Assembly (NCBI GenBank): GCA_001603105.1
Contig: LVBE01000036.1
Span: 1 to 59,466, forward strand
Reading direction: 5' to 3'
DNA: 59,466 nucleotides
Origin: Spirochaetales bacterium Spiro_03
GTDB lineage: Bacteria > Spirochaetota > Spirochaetia > Sphaerochaetales > Sphaerochaetaceae
Below, in pieces: positions 38,591-48,382 of the stretch. The translations under genes were made by a program, and so were the position numbers. Positions within the stretch are counted from its first letter, which is position 1, and every line of letters starts with the position of its first letter. The notes under the pieces are model-generated. The model did no database searches, was not told the DNA's origin, and was given only the letters and a program-made list of their open reading frames with translations.

Positions 38591-38677
38591 GCCACAAAGG
38601 TACCTAGCGGCGATGGTGGTGTCAATCGCCACTGCCTGCCCTTGTTGTACAGCTTCAGTGTCAGTATCATGGACTGT

Positions 38678-40363
38678 ATGAAAGAGATTGCCGTAACCGT
38701 TGAAAACAAGACGCTGAAGGTGCACATCGGCTCATCTGTTGAGGATGTGATGTGCAAAAGTGGCATCACCGAGTGCGAACGAAGAATCCCCTATGAGGAG
38801 AACCCCTACGTCGGAGCCTTGGTGAACTGGGAGTTCCACTCCTGTAGCCGCGCTTTGGTCGCTGACTGTACCCTTTCACCGGTACGCCTGTTCAGCGACA
38901 TGGGCACGCGCATGTACCGCCATTCGCTCTGCTTTTTGCTCTGCGCTGCTGTCTCCATGCTCTATCCCTCACGCCGCCTGATCATAGGCCACGCCCTCGG
39001 AGATGGATACTACTTTCGCTTTGACGATGAGCTGACCCTCAACAGCGATGATGTCACGGCCATCGAACAGACGATGCGGGCCTTGGTGGAGGGCGACCAC
39101 CCCATCGAGGAGGTGGTCCTGCCCTACGAGAGCGCCCTCACGTACTTCAGGGATAATCACTTCGACCAGACCGTCGCGCTCTTGGAGACCCGAAACGACC
39201 CCAAGATCATGCTGTACCGACTGCTCGGCTTCCTCGACATCTCGTACGAGCCGCTGGTCAGCCGCAGCGGCCTGATGAAGGTCTGGGAGCTGAAGCCGTA
39301 TCAGGAGCAGGGCATGCTGCTGCGCTACCCCCGCTCCCACGATGTGAACCGCCTGCAGCCGTTTGTCGACAATCCCCTGCTCTTCTCCGTCTTCAAGGAG
39401 TACAAGGCATGGGGCAGCATCCTCGGTGTACAGGCGTTGGGCCAGCTCAACCAAATGGGCAACCAGAACACAATCGAGTCGTTCATCCGCCTCGCCGAGG
39501 CGCTGCAGACGAAGAAGATTGCCTCCATCGCCGACCAGATCAACCTCCACTCCCAGGTCAAGGCGATCCTCGTCGCCGGCCCCTCCTCATCCGGCAAGAC
39601 GACCTTTGCCCACAAGCTGGCCATCCACCTGCAGGTCTTGGGCAAGCGGACCATCAGGATTGGGTTGGACAACTACTACCTCCACCCCGACAAGGCCCCG
39701 CGCGATGAGTGGGGAAAGCCTGACCTCGAAGCCCTCGACGCCCTGGATGTACAGCTCTTCCAGCGCGACCTCAACGACCTCTTCGAGGGCAAGGAGGTCA
39801 TCATTCCCTCCTATGACTTCAAGACAACGACGCGGTCATACGACTCCGATCCGGTGAAGATGGATAAGCGCACCCTCTTGATCATCGAGGGCATCCATGG
39901 GATGAATCCCGATCTCACCACTGCCTTGGACCGTGACCTGATCTTCAGGATCTACATCTCGGCCCTCACCCAGCTGAACCTCGATGACCACAACCGCATC
40001 AGCACCACCGATAACCGGATCATCCGGCGCATGGTGCGGGACTTCCGCACCCGCGGCGCCAGTGCCGAGACGACGCTGAACATGTGGCCGTCGGTCCACC
40101 GCGGGGAAGACCGCTACATCTTCCCCTACCAAAACAACGCCGACGCCATGATAAACAGTGCTCTGGACTATGAGTTGGGAGTCCTTACCACCTATGCCCA
40201 ACCGCTGCTCAAGATGGTAAAGCCCGGCAGTGGACCCGCCTATGAGACGGCCCGCCGCCTCCTTCGCTTCCTTGAGCACGTCAACCCGATCCCCGACACC
40301 CTGGTGCCGGCTGACTCGCTGCTACGCGAGTTCATCGGCGGCAGTGAGTTCGGTGTCATCTGA
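38678..40363 (+). CDS. Nucleoside (uridine) kinase fused to a ThrRS-N/TGS-like domain
   Basis: MYRHSLCFLL (ThrRS-like), AGPSSSGKTT, LDNYY, IIEGIHG, RISTTDNR, FPYQ, NSALDYE, SLLREFIGGS. Confidence 0.9.
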   Translation: MKEIAVTVENKTLKVHIGSSVEDVMCKSGITECERRIPYEENPYVGALVNWEFHSCSRALVADCTLSPVRLFSDMGTRMYRHSLCFLLCAAVSMLYPSRRLIIGHALGDGYYFRFDDELTLNSDDVTAIEQTMRALVEGDHPIEEVVLPYESALTYFRDNHFDQTVALLETRNDPKIMLYRLLGFLDISYEPLVSRSGLMKVWELKPYQEQGMLLRYPRSHDVNRLQPFVDNPLLFSVFKEYKAWGSILGVQALGQLNQMGNQNTIESFIRLAEALQTKKIASIADQINLHSQVKAILVAGPSSSGKTTFAHKLAIHLQVLGKRTIRIGLDNYYLHPDKAPRDEWGKPDLEALDALDVQLFQRDLNDLFEGKEVIIPSYDFKTTTRSYDSDPVKMDKRTLLIIEGIHGMNPDLTTALDRDLIFRIYISALTQLNLDDHNRISTTDNRIIRRMVRDFRTRGASAETTLNMWPSVHRGEDRYIFPYQNNADAMINSALDYELGVLTTYAQPLLKMVKPGSGPAYETARRLLRFLEHVNPIPDTLVPADSLLREFIGGSEFGVI

Positions 40364-40376
40364 CAAGGAGTCACGT

Positions 40377-41867
40377 GTGGAAGTCTATGCAACCAAGCGG
40401 CTGACCATGGCCGCCTTACAGGACAGTCTTGGAGAAGACGTCTATCTCTACCCTCTATCGGTCACCGACCTAGGCCAGTGCAGCATCGCACTCATCCGAT
40501 TTGAAGGCGCGCGACATCTGGCCGCCATCGGAAGCGGACCGATCTATGATGAGTTCGATGGCTTGGTCAAAGGATCGATCAAGGTCTGTCCCGCAACCTA
40601 CGCAAACCGCCTCACCCTCAACCGATACCTGCCTCATACCGCCCCGGTGGCCAATACCAAGAACAGAGCCTCCATTGGCCTCGGAGATCGCCTTGGCGAG
40701 GCGACAGGCGGGCACATCAAGGCCCTAGCCGATCGCGATGTCTACCCCATCTTCGCCCAGCAGTCGATCAGGGAGCTGGGCTTCACGCACCGCACCTTCT
40801 GCGATGTCATCGACAGCGCAGCCTGGGCGGTCTTCGCCCATGGCTGGACCGCTGCCTGGGGAGCCGACGGCGACCACCTCAAAAAGGAGGGGGATATCGC
40901 CAATGCCCTCCGTGACGGGGCGACGATGATCACCCTCGACTCAAGCGACCTGATCGACAACACCGTAGCCAGCCTGGACGGTGACGGGCTAGCGGCGCGG
41001 TATGCCGCCCTCGATCCAGCGCTCCGATCTGGCTATGAGGCACTGTATCGGGACAAGGAGTACCAGATTGGAGAGGTGAGCATCACCCTCGACTACGACA
41101 GTCTAATGCGTGACATCCTCATTTACGACAAGGCCCTGGACTTCATGCAGTCAATCTGGGAGCGGCAGATCAAGAGGCAACAAAGGCCGATCGACTTTGA
41201 GATCTCGATCGATGAGACGGCGACCCCGACCGATCCCAAGAGCCATCTCTTCATCGCCTTGGAGCTCAAGCGCCGCCACGTCGTGGTCTCGACGCTGGCT
41301 CCGCGCTTCATCGGTGAGTTTCAGAAGGGCATCGACTACAAAGGCGACCTCGCCCTCTTTGAAGCCGACCTGGTCCTCCATGACGCGATCGCCAAGCACT
41401 TTGGCTACCGCCTCTCAATCCACTCAGGCAGTGACAAGTTCTCGATCTTCCCGATCCTCGCTCGTGTCATCGCCTCGCCGTTTCACGTCAAGACCGCCGG
41501 TACCAACTGGCTTGAGGCGATGCGCCTAGTGGCCCTCAAGGACCCTGGTCTCTACCGCAGGATGCATGAGCATGCCCTCAAGCGCTTTGGTGATGCGACA
41601 GCGTTCTACCACGTCACCACTGATCTTGGGGCCATCAAGGCTCTCGGTGAGGTCAGCGATGAGGCACTTGTCTCCTACCTCGATGATGACAATGCCCGCC
41701 AACTGCTGCACATCACCTACGGCTACCTGCTGCTCGATGAGGATGGGCATGGTAAGCGGCTCTTCTACGATGAGTTCTTTGGCCTGCTACAGAGAGAAGA
41801 GAGTCTGTATCAGAGCCTTTTGGCATCACATATCAAGACCCATCTTGATCTATTGTCGTTCACCTGA
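40377..41867 (+). CDS. uxaE: Tagaturonate/fructuronate epimerase
   Basis: SIGLGDRLG.AT.GH, FAQQSIREL, GADGDHLK, EISIDET, FQKGIDY, SIHSGSDKFS, HVKTAGTNWLEA, RQLLHITYG. GTG start with AAGGAG RBS. Confidence 0.9.
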   Translation: MEVYATKRLTMAALQDSLGEDVYLYPLSVTDLGQCSIALIRFEGARHLAAIGSGPIYDEFDGLVKGSIKVCPATYANRLTLNRYLPHTAPVANTKNRASIGLGDRLGEATGGHIKALADRDVYPIFAQQSIRELGFTHRTFCDVIDSAAWAVFAHGWTAAWGADGDHLKKEGDIANALRDGATMITLDSSDLIDNTVASLDGDGLAARYAALDPALRSGYEALYRDKEYQIGEVSITLDYDSLMRDILIYDKALDFMQSIWERQIKRQQRPIDFEISIDETATPTDPKSHLFIALELKRRHVVVSTLAPRFIGEFQKGIDYKGDLALFEADLVLHDAIAKHFGYRLSIHSGSDKFSIFPILARVIASPFHVKTAGTNWLEAMRLVALKDPGLYRRMHEHALKRFGDATAFYHVTTDLGAIKALGEVSDEALVSYLDDDNARQLLHITYGYLLLDEDGHGKRLFYDEFFGLLQREESLYQSLLASHIKTHLDLLSFT

Positions 41868-41874
41868 GACGAAG

Positions 41875-41896
41875 AAGGCGGCCTCTCGGCCGCCTT
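41875..41896. terminator. Hairpin between convergent uxaE and nifU
   Basis: AAGGCGGCC-TCTC-GGCCGCCTT. Confidence 0.7.
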
Positions 41897-41931
41897 GCTT
41901 ATTGATTGACTGATCGCGCTGATGCGCTAGT

Positions 41932-42540
41932 TCAGACGTTGTACAGGTGTGTCAATTGGTCAAAGAGCAGTGCCATTTGCCCCTTGCACTTGCCACAGAC
42001 TGTCCCATACCCGGTTACGTTTGCAAGCTCTTCAAGGGTAGTGACCTCCTTGCTCTTCACCAGCTCCTCGACCTGGATGTCAGTGACCTGCTTGCACTCA
42101 CAGATGACCTTGGCGACCTGGCTCTGCCACGGATTGGGCCTGCCTGTCTTCTTCAGGTAGTCATCGATGGCGGCCCTGAGAGCCTTGTCCCCAAGGACCG
42201 AACAGTGGAACTTGTGCTCCGGCAGGCCCCCGAGGGCTTCGGTGATCTTCTCTGGAGAGAGGAAGTACGCCTCTTCTAGTGGAAGGCCGACGGCAAGCTC
42301 ACTCATCATTGACGTGGAGGCGATCGCCGAGGCGCAGCCATAGGTGAGCCACCGAAGAGCGGCGATCGTGTCATGCTCTACCTTGATGAGGACCTGCATC
42401 TGGTCCCCACATGCCAAAGAGCCGACCTCTCCGATACCATCGGCTTCAAAGTGCTCCTCTTCACTCCAGGTATTCCTGGGGTTCATGAAATGGTCCTTGA
42501 CGATCGGACTATATACCCATTGGGCCATGAAATTACTCAT
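41932..42540 (-). CDS. nifU: Fe-S scaffold NifU/IscU with C-terminal BFD-like [2Fe-2S] domain
   Basis: DHFMNPRN, ACGDQM, GCASAIAS, LPEHKFHCS, ICEC...CGKC. Confidence 0.88.
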   Translation of the reverse strand: MSNFMAQWVYSPIVKDHFMNPRNTWSEEEHFEADGIGEVGSLACGDQMQVLIKVEHDTIAALRWLTYGCASAIASTSMMSELAVGLPLEEAYFLSPEKITEALGGLPEHKFHCSVLGDKALRAAIDDYLKKTGRPNPWQSQVAKVICECKQVTDIQVEELVKSKEVTTLEELANVTGYGTVCGKCKGQMALLFDQLTHLYNV

Positions 42541-43697
42541 CGTATCGACATCTCCCTCAAACGCTTGATGATCGACGGCAGCTTCTCCAACACGTAGCGG
42601 ACCTCGTCCTCGGTGTTATACCGGCCGAAGCTGAAACGAATAGAGCCGTGTGCGAGCTCTATATCCACCCCACTGGCAAGCAGTACATAGCTGGGCTCAA
42701 GCGAGCCGCTGGCGCATGCGCTGCCGGTGGAGACCATAATGCCCTCCAAATCGAGGTAGAGAAGGATCGACTCCCCCTCGGCTCGGGGAAAGGAGACATC
42801 GAGAGTTCCTGGCAAGCAGTGCTCCCTGCTGCCATTGACCACGACGTTGGGGATGCTTGCCTCGATGCCCTCTCTGAGCATCTCCCGTAGCGCCCACAGC
42901 CGCGCACCCTCTTGGGCAAGGTCACGTTTGGCGATCGTAGCGGCGACTCCCATGCCGATGATGGCGCTGTTGTTGTAGGTGCCTGCGCGCCTACCATCCT
43001 CCTGATGACCGCCGTGGACGAAGGGAGCATATGGGGCGCCCTTCTTGACGACCAAGGCTCCGATGCCCTTGGGGCCATAGAACTTGTGGGCCGAGAGGCT
43101 GAGGTAGTCCACATCCAAGTCCTGCATGGAGACCGCAATCTTGCCAATGGCCTGGGTCGCATCGGTGTGCACATAGGCGCCGTGGCGTCGAGCAAGACGG
43201 GCCACTTCCTTCACCGGCTGGATCGTCCCGATCTCGTTGTTGCCCAGCATGACCGACACCAAGGCGACATCATCGCCCATCAGCTTCTCCATCTCGCTCA
43301 TCACCACACGCCCGCTACGGTCCACCGGGCAGAAGTCAACACGGTAGCCCAGCGTCTTGAGGTAGTTGGCCGTCTCGATGATCGACGGGTGCTCGATCGT
43401 CGTGGTGATGATACGCTTGCGAGAAGAGCCAAGGTCGATGCGTTGCCTAAAGAGGTTGAAGACCGTGTTGTTCGCCTCACTCGCCCCGCTGGTGAAGACA
43501 ATAGCTGCCTCGGGGGCATCGATGAGGTCGCCAAGCGCGCGTCGGCTCTCCTCGATGGCAGCTAGTGCCTTGCGGCCCATCTCATGCATGCTTGAGGCAT
43601 TGCCGTAGAGCGCATTGGCGCTCATCATCGCGGCGATGACATCCTCGTGCAGCGCTGTGGTTGCATTGTTATCCAAATATATTATCGATTGTTCCAT
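42537..43697 (-). CDS. nifS: Cysteine desulfurase
   Basis: YLDNNATT, FTSGASE, NNEIGTIQP, HTDATQ, SAHKFYGPKG, STGSACASG. Confidence 0.93.
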   Translation of the reverse strand: MEQSIIYLDNNATTALHEDVIAAMMSANALYGNASSMHEMGRKALAAIEESRRALGDLIDAPEAAIVFTSGASEANNTVFNLFRQRIDLGSSRKRIITTTIEHPSIIETANYLKTLGYRVDFCPVDRSGRVVMSEMEKLMGDDVALVSVMLGNNEIGTIQPVKEVARLARRHGAYVHTDATQAIGKIAVSMQDLDVDYLSLSAHKFYGPKGIGALVVKKGAPYAPFVHGGHQEDGRRAGTYNNSAIIGMGVAATIAKRDLAQEGARLWALREMLREGIEASIPNVVVNGSREHCLPGTLDVSFPRAEGESILLYLDLEGIMVSTGSACASGSLEPSYVLLASGVDIELAHGSIRFSFGRYNTEDEVRYVLEKLPSIIKRLREMSIR

Positions 43698-43764
43698 GTA
43701 ATTCCCTCATATACAAACAACATAGTGAGCACATACCACAGCGTCAATCGGCTGGGCACCAGTC

Positions 43765-44115
43765 TCAGAAGACGTTGTATATGGGGTCGTCAGACTCTTC
43801 GGCGGGGCAGGTCTTGCTATGGATGAAGCGCACGTGGCGGCTCTTGGCAAAGCGCAGTCCCTTCTGTCGCGCCCACTGCACATAGGCACATCCCGGCGCT
43901 AGATAGGAGGCGAACATCGCCCTGAGGCGGCTCATCTTCCGGCAGCGGACCGAGTGGATGAAGCGCTGTGCGTATACCGTACATTGTTTGGTCTTTGGGT
44001 CGAAGAACTCACACCAGCTATCGAGGTCTATGACCAGCTGATCACCGTAGAGCACCTTCTCATGGCAGCACAGCCCACAGCGGTTGCACTTCTCTTCCCA
44101 GCATCGGCTATTCAT
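43765..44115 (-). CDS. YkgJ/YcgN-like CxxCxxCC cysteine-cluster protein
   Basis: CNRCGLCC, CEFFD...CTVY..R, C, CAY. Confidence 0.8.
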   Translation of the reverse strand: MNSRCWEEKCNRCGLCCHEKVLYGDQLVIDLDSWCEFFDPKTKQCTVYAQRFIHSVRCRKMSRLRAMFASYLAPGCAYVQWARQKGLRFAKSRHVRFIHSKTCPAEESDDPIYNVF

Positions 44116-44866
44116 GGCTCATCGCCTCAAGTCGTTGTTGGATCTGGGTGTGGACCGGCGGAAGGATCGCCAGGGCTGTGACACTGATATACCCCTCCTG
44201 CACCAGGCTGAAGTCGCTTGCACGGGTGTCGCAGCGCTGGCTTGGCGCCACGGTGCCGCGCATGCCCAACACCATCGATCGATCATCGTCAGAGCCAGAA
44301 CGCCGCTCGATGACATCGTGGTAGTCAAGATAGGCAGGAACCCCGCTCCTCCACTTTCCATTGGGCTTGGCGGGGACATTGATGTTGATCACACACTCCG
44401 CTGAGGCGAGCTCGGTGAGCTCACCGAGGTGGCGGACGACGAAATCCGCAGCTTCGGCGAAGGGATAGCTGCCATCTGCCCTTCGACTGCAGCTGACGGC
44501 AATGGACTTGAGGCCGGTAAGTGCAGCCTCTCGGGCAGCGGCGACAGTGCCGGAGTAGAGGATATCGGTGGAGATGTTGAAGCCGTGATTGATGCCGCTG
44601 ATGACCAGATCGGGATGGTGGTCGAAGACCCGGGCCTTGGTGGCGTAGAGGATGCAATCGACCGGGGTGCCACTGCAGTGGTACCGCCTCTTCCCATATT
44701 CGGTGATGGTGATCTCCTGGTGGAGCGTCATGGCATGGCTTGAGGCACTGCGTTCGGCCGACGGTGCACAGATCCACACCTCGTGGCCAGCGTCCACAAG
44801 GGCATCAGTGAGTGTTGACAGGCCCTCACTGGTGTATCCGTCATCATTGGTCAAGAGAATCTTCAT
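44108..44866 (-). CDS. surE: 5'/3'-nucleotidase SurE
   Basis: ILLTNDDG, GTPVDC, SGINHG.N, YSGTVAAA, NINVP, GYISVT. Confidence 0.95.
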   Translation of the reverse strand: MKILLTNDDGYTSEGLSTLTDALVDAGHEVWICAPSAERSASSHAMTLHQEITITEYGKRRYHCSGTPVDCILYATKARVFDHHPDLVISGINHGFNISTDILYSGTVAAAREAALTGLKSIAVSCSRRADGSYPFAEAADFVVRHLGELTELASAECVININVPAKPNGKWRSGVPAYLDYHDVIERRSGSDDDRSMVLGMRGTVAPSQRCDTRASDFSLVQEGYISVTALAILPPVHTQIQQRLEAMSHE

Positions 44867-46035
44867 TAGTGCGTATTGGTCAACACAACCTTGGCAGCTT
44901 CATTTCCACTAAGGACATACCAGGTGGGGTGGAAGCCAAAGATGTGCTCATACTCCTCCAGTCGTCCAATATAGCTTGAAAGCGTCTCCTTGCTCAAGAG
45001 GACCATGATGTTGCCCGCGAACCCGTTGGAAACCTGCACGGCTCCCAGCACTCCGCTCATCTCGCCGGCGCGCTTGGTGAGCCAGTCGACCTCAGGACAC
45101 GTCACCTCGAGGCGGTCCCGAAGACCGGCTTGGACCCGGTTCATCACCTTGCCAAAGAGCGGTGCATCCTTGACGGTGAGCAGGCTTGCTGCATCGTTGG
45201 CCAATCGGCTCTCGGAGAGCACATACTCGCAGATATGCCGCTCATCTTCGCCCAGTGGGATGACCCGTTCACTGATATCGCTTTCGGGAAAGTCGCGGAT
45301 GAAGCCGCCGCTCTTGTGCTTCTTCAGCTCATCGAAGGCGTGATCGATCTCCTGCCGCTTGATCTTGATCTCTTCACGCATCGCATTGGGGCTGATCTTG
45401 CTGTCGACGATCACGGCGACATACTGGCCAGACTCATCACCGTAGGGGAACGGAATCTCCTTGTAGGTGACGTGTTGCAAATCAAAGAAGAGGGCTGTGT
45501 TGGCTTTGCCATTGATCATCGTCAGCAGGTCGCTGACCTTGCACCGCTCATCATTGAAGGTGGTATTGGCCTGGTAGGTGATCCTGATCTGACTGGTAAG
45601 GCTGAGCTTCTGGTCAAAGAGCGCATCGATGGCCAGCGTCGTCGCCAGTGCACTAGCTGTGCTGATCATCTGGTTGTCGGCGTACAATAGGCTCCCCTCA
45701 AGGGTGATGTCCATGCCAGCGAGGGTCGTCGCCTCGTTCACCATCACCGCGATGACTCCCTTGGGGAAGTTGCCCCAGCGGTCCTCCTTGCGGTATTTGA
45801 CATTTGAGAGGCTGAAGCGTTTACGGTCATTGAGCGTGGCATTGTACAGGCGTACCATCTGGTCATCGCGCAGCGATATGGCAACCGAGAGGGTGGCTTT
45901 GTCGCACGTGAGCAGTGACCACCCACGGCATGCATCGGCGTAGCCTCCAAGGATTGTACAAATCCCGGGCACTGTAACAACCACCGAAGGCGACTGTCCG
46001 TACTCTTTTATATGTTGTTTGACAATTTTATCCAT
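44866..46035 (-). CDS. Galactokinase-like GHMP-fold protein with degenerate motifs
   Basis: Overall GalK layout (WGNFPKGV, LFFD, EVTCPEVDWL, GA....GFAG), but the signature motifs are altered. Confidence 0.78.
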   Translation of the reverse strand: MDKIVKQHIKEYGQSPSVVVTVPGICTILGGYADACRGWSLLTCDKATLSVAISLRDDQMVRLYNATLNDRKRFSLSNVKYRKEDRWGNFPKGVIAVMVNEATTLAGMDITLEGSLLYADNQMISTASALATTLAIDALFDQKLSLTSQIRITYQANTTFNDERCKVSDLLTMINGKANTALFFDLQHVTYKEIPFPYGDESGQYVAVIVDSKISPNAMREEIKIKRQEIDHAFDELKKHKSGGFIRDFPESDISERVIPLGEDERHICEYVLSESRLANDAASLLTVKDAPLFGKVMNRVQAGLRDRLEVTCPEVDWLTKRAGEMSGVLGAVQVSNGFAGNIMVLLSKETLSSYIGRLEEYEHIFGFHPTWYVLSGNEAAKVVLTNTH

Positions 46036-46056
46036 GCATCAACCTAATGTAGGTCA

Positions 46057-46085
46057 ATTTTAGGATACTTAGCCCTATATTGCAA
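46057..46085 (-). promoter_or_regulatory. Putative sigma70 promoter of the galK-like-surE unit
   Basis: Minus strand TTGCAA-N17-TAAAAT. Confidence 0.5.
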
Positions 46086-46131
46086 CAAAAAATCAAAGAT
46101 TGTCATTGATAGACCATCGTATAAGCAACGA

Positions 46132-46152
46132 GGGCTGCCGACCCGGCAGCCC
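46132..46152 (-). terminator. Hairpin downstream of rpmE
   Basis: GGGCTGCCG-ACC-CGGCAGCCC, 10 bp past the rpmE stop. Confidence 0.65.
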
Positions 46153-46161
46153 CCATCAACG

Positions 46162-46365
46162 CTATTTGTCCATACTGTAGCGCTTCTTGAAGCGCTCGAT
46201 TCGTCCTGCGGTGTCCACCATCTTCTGTGTTCCGGTGAAGAACGGGTGGCAGGCAGAGCAGATTTCGACTTCCATGCTCTTGGCGGTCGTCTTGGTCTTG
46301 ATCACGTTGCCACAGGAGCAGCGAACGTCGGTCAACTCGTAGCGGGGATGAATTCCATCTTTCAT
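46162..46365 (-). CDS. rpmE: 50S ribosomal protein L31 (Zn-binding type)
   Basis: [30 protein letters not shown]. Confidence 0.97.
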   Translation of the reverse strand: MKDGIHPRYELTDVRCSCGNVIKTKTTAKSMEVEICSACHPFFTGTQKMVDTAGRIERFKKRYSMDK

Positions 46366-46441
46366 CGTCTTGGTCCTCCGGGGATATCACGATCTACTGG
46401 CTGTATACAGTAGTCTAGGATTCTCAATCGTTGTCCTTGCC

Positions 46442-48238
46442 CTAATACCCACTGGAGTTCGTCGGAATCCCAGTGTTGATCGAACGCAAGAACGCCTCAT
46501 TATCCTTGGTCTTGCGAATCTTGTCAATGAGGAACGGCGTCATCTCCTGATCGTCCATATCATTGACTGCGTTGCGGGTGAGCCAGATCCGGGCAGCCTC
46601 ATCGGGCGGCAAGAGGAGATCCTCACGTCGCGTTCCACTCTTCTTGATATTGATGGCAGGAAAGAGGCGCTTGTCGGCAAGGCGACGGTCAAGGATGATC
46701 TCGTTGTTTCCTGTGCCCTTGAACTCCTCGAAGATCACCTCATCCATCCTCGATCCGGTCTCAATGAGGCCGGTGGCGACGATGGTCAAGCTGCCTCCGT
46801 GCTCGATATTGCGTGCGGCCCCGAAGAAGCGCTTGGGCTTGTGCAGGGCATTGGAGTCCACACCGCCGCTTAGGATCTTGCCACTGGCCGGCACGGTCTG
46901 GTTGTAGGCACGTGCAAGGCGGGTGATCGAGTCGAGCAAGATCACCACATCCCGCTTGTGCTCCACCAGGCGCTTGGCTTTCTCGATGACCATCTCAGCG
47001 ACCTGGACGTGGCGGCTTGCCTGCTCATCGAAGGTCGATGCGATGACCTCGCCCTTGACGTGGCGACGCATGTCGGTCACCTCCTCGGGACGTTCATCGA
47101 CGAGCAGGACCATCAAGACCACCTCAGGGTGGTTGGCCGAGATCGAGTTGGCGATCTTCTGCAGCAACACGGTCTTACCGGTGCGCGGAGGGGCGACGAT
47201 CAAGGAACGCTGGCCCTTGCCGATGGGACAGAACATATCGATGATGCGGGTCGACATATCCTCTTCTGCCGTCTCCAGCCTCAGCCGCTCATCGGGAAAG
47301 AGCGGTGTCAGGCTGTCAAAGGGGACGCGCATCTTCGCTTGGATTGGCTCATCATCGTTGACCTTCAGGATCTTGAGGATGGCAAAGAAGCGCTCATTCT
47401 CCTTGGGGGTGCGCACTTGGCCGTAGACCACGTCCCCGGTCTTCAGGTAGAGGCTCTTGATCTGTGCCGGAGAGACGTAGACGTCCTCAAGGCCGCTGAG
47501 GTAGCTGTTTGACGGAGAGCGCAGAAACCCAAACCCATCGGGCAGGATCTCCAACGTTCCGGTTCCCACGATCACCCCACCTGCTGCAGCGTGGAGGCGC
47601 AGGATCTCGGCGACGATCTCTTGCTTGCGCAAATCGAGGATCGCCGAGCTATCGAGTCCCTTCTCGACGCCGCTTTTGCGCAGCTCATCGATGGAGAGGG
47701 TGGTATAGTCCTCAAGCTTGAGGATCGGTGCATCGGGGTGCTCTTCGATATTCAGGTCGTTGGAAGGTTCATCCATCTGCCCCGGACGAGGGGGGCGGTT
47801 TGTGCCGAAGCTCTGGCTCTTCTGGTGAGGTCCCTTGCCCCGCTGTTGGTTACGCGAAGGGCGGGATGAGTATTGTTGCTGGGGTTTTCTACTCTGCTGT
47901 GGTTTCTGCTCAGGTTGGGTCTTGCCCTTCTTTTCAGTCTCAACCGGCGGCGGCGTCGGCTCTGCTTTCACCTCTTGAGGTTTCTCTGCCAGAGCGGGCT
48001 GCTCAGGGGCCAAGTCAAGCTGTCCTTGGTCTTCGGTGACTTTCTTGGGTGGCCTGCCTCGGCGCTTCTTCGGCTCCTCAGCTACCACAGTCTCCCCGGA
48101 ATCCTCCGTTTGAGCCGGTGGCGCTTCGACTGCGGCGACCTTCTTTCTGGTGACACGTCGGACACTCTTCTTTTCGACTTCGGCTCCAGACGAGGCCTCG
48201 GCTACGACCGTACGTTGTACTGCTTCTTCGGATGACAT
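46442..48238 (-). CDS. rho: Transcription termination factor Rho with long N-terminal extension
   Basis: [58 protein letters not shown]. Confidence 0.97.
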   Translation of the reverse strand: MSSEEAVQRTVVAEASSGAEVEKKSVRRVTRKKVAAVEAPPAQTEDSGETVVAEEPKKRRGRPPKKVTEDQGQLDLAPEQPALAEKPQEVKAEPTPPPVETEKKGKTQPEQKPQQSRKPQQQYSSRPSRNQQRGKGPHQKSQSFGTNRPPRPGQMDEPSNDLNIEEHPDAPILKLEDYTTLSIDELRKSGVEKGLDSSAILDLRKQEIVAEILRLHAAAGGVIVGTGTLEILPDGFGFLRSPSNSYLSGLEDVYVSPAQIKSLYLKTGDVVYGQVRTPKENERFFAILKILKVNDDEPIQAKMRVPFDSLTPLFPDERLRLETAEEDMSTRIIDMFCPIGKGQRSLIVAPPRTGKTVLLQKIANSISANHPEVVLMVLLVDERPEEVTDMRRHVKGEVIASTFDEQASRHVQVAEMVIEKAKRLVEHKRDVVILLDSITRLARAYNQTVPASGKILSGGVDSNALHKPKRFFGAARNIEHGGSLTIVATGLIETGSRMDEVIFEEFKGTGNNEIILDRRLADKRLFPAINIKKSGTRREDLLLPPDEAARIWLTRNAVNDMDDQEMTPFLIDKIRKTKDNEAFLRSINTGIPTNSSGY

Positions 48239-48382
48239 GGGATTCGCTCCAACGGAAGTGGGTATGCATAGTGCCTGCGATGATACAGGTCAGACCCGAT
48301 TCCTTTCTTTTTTGGTAAATTCAAGATATATGAGTGTGCGGGAAGCGCATAGGGCGCTCTCTACAATCCCGCCGCTGATACG

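Noticed and set aside
38120-38725. Long apparent overlap of the kinase and AOR-like ORFs
   Set aside because: An artefact of over-extended starts. The likely starts (38590 minus, 38678 plus) are divergent and do not overlap.
48239-48382. Rho leader with a possible hairpin
   Set aside because: An autoregulatory leader is plausible, but the pairing is weak and no defined element is supportable.
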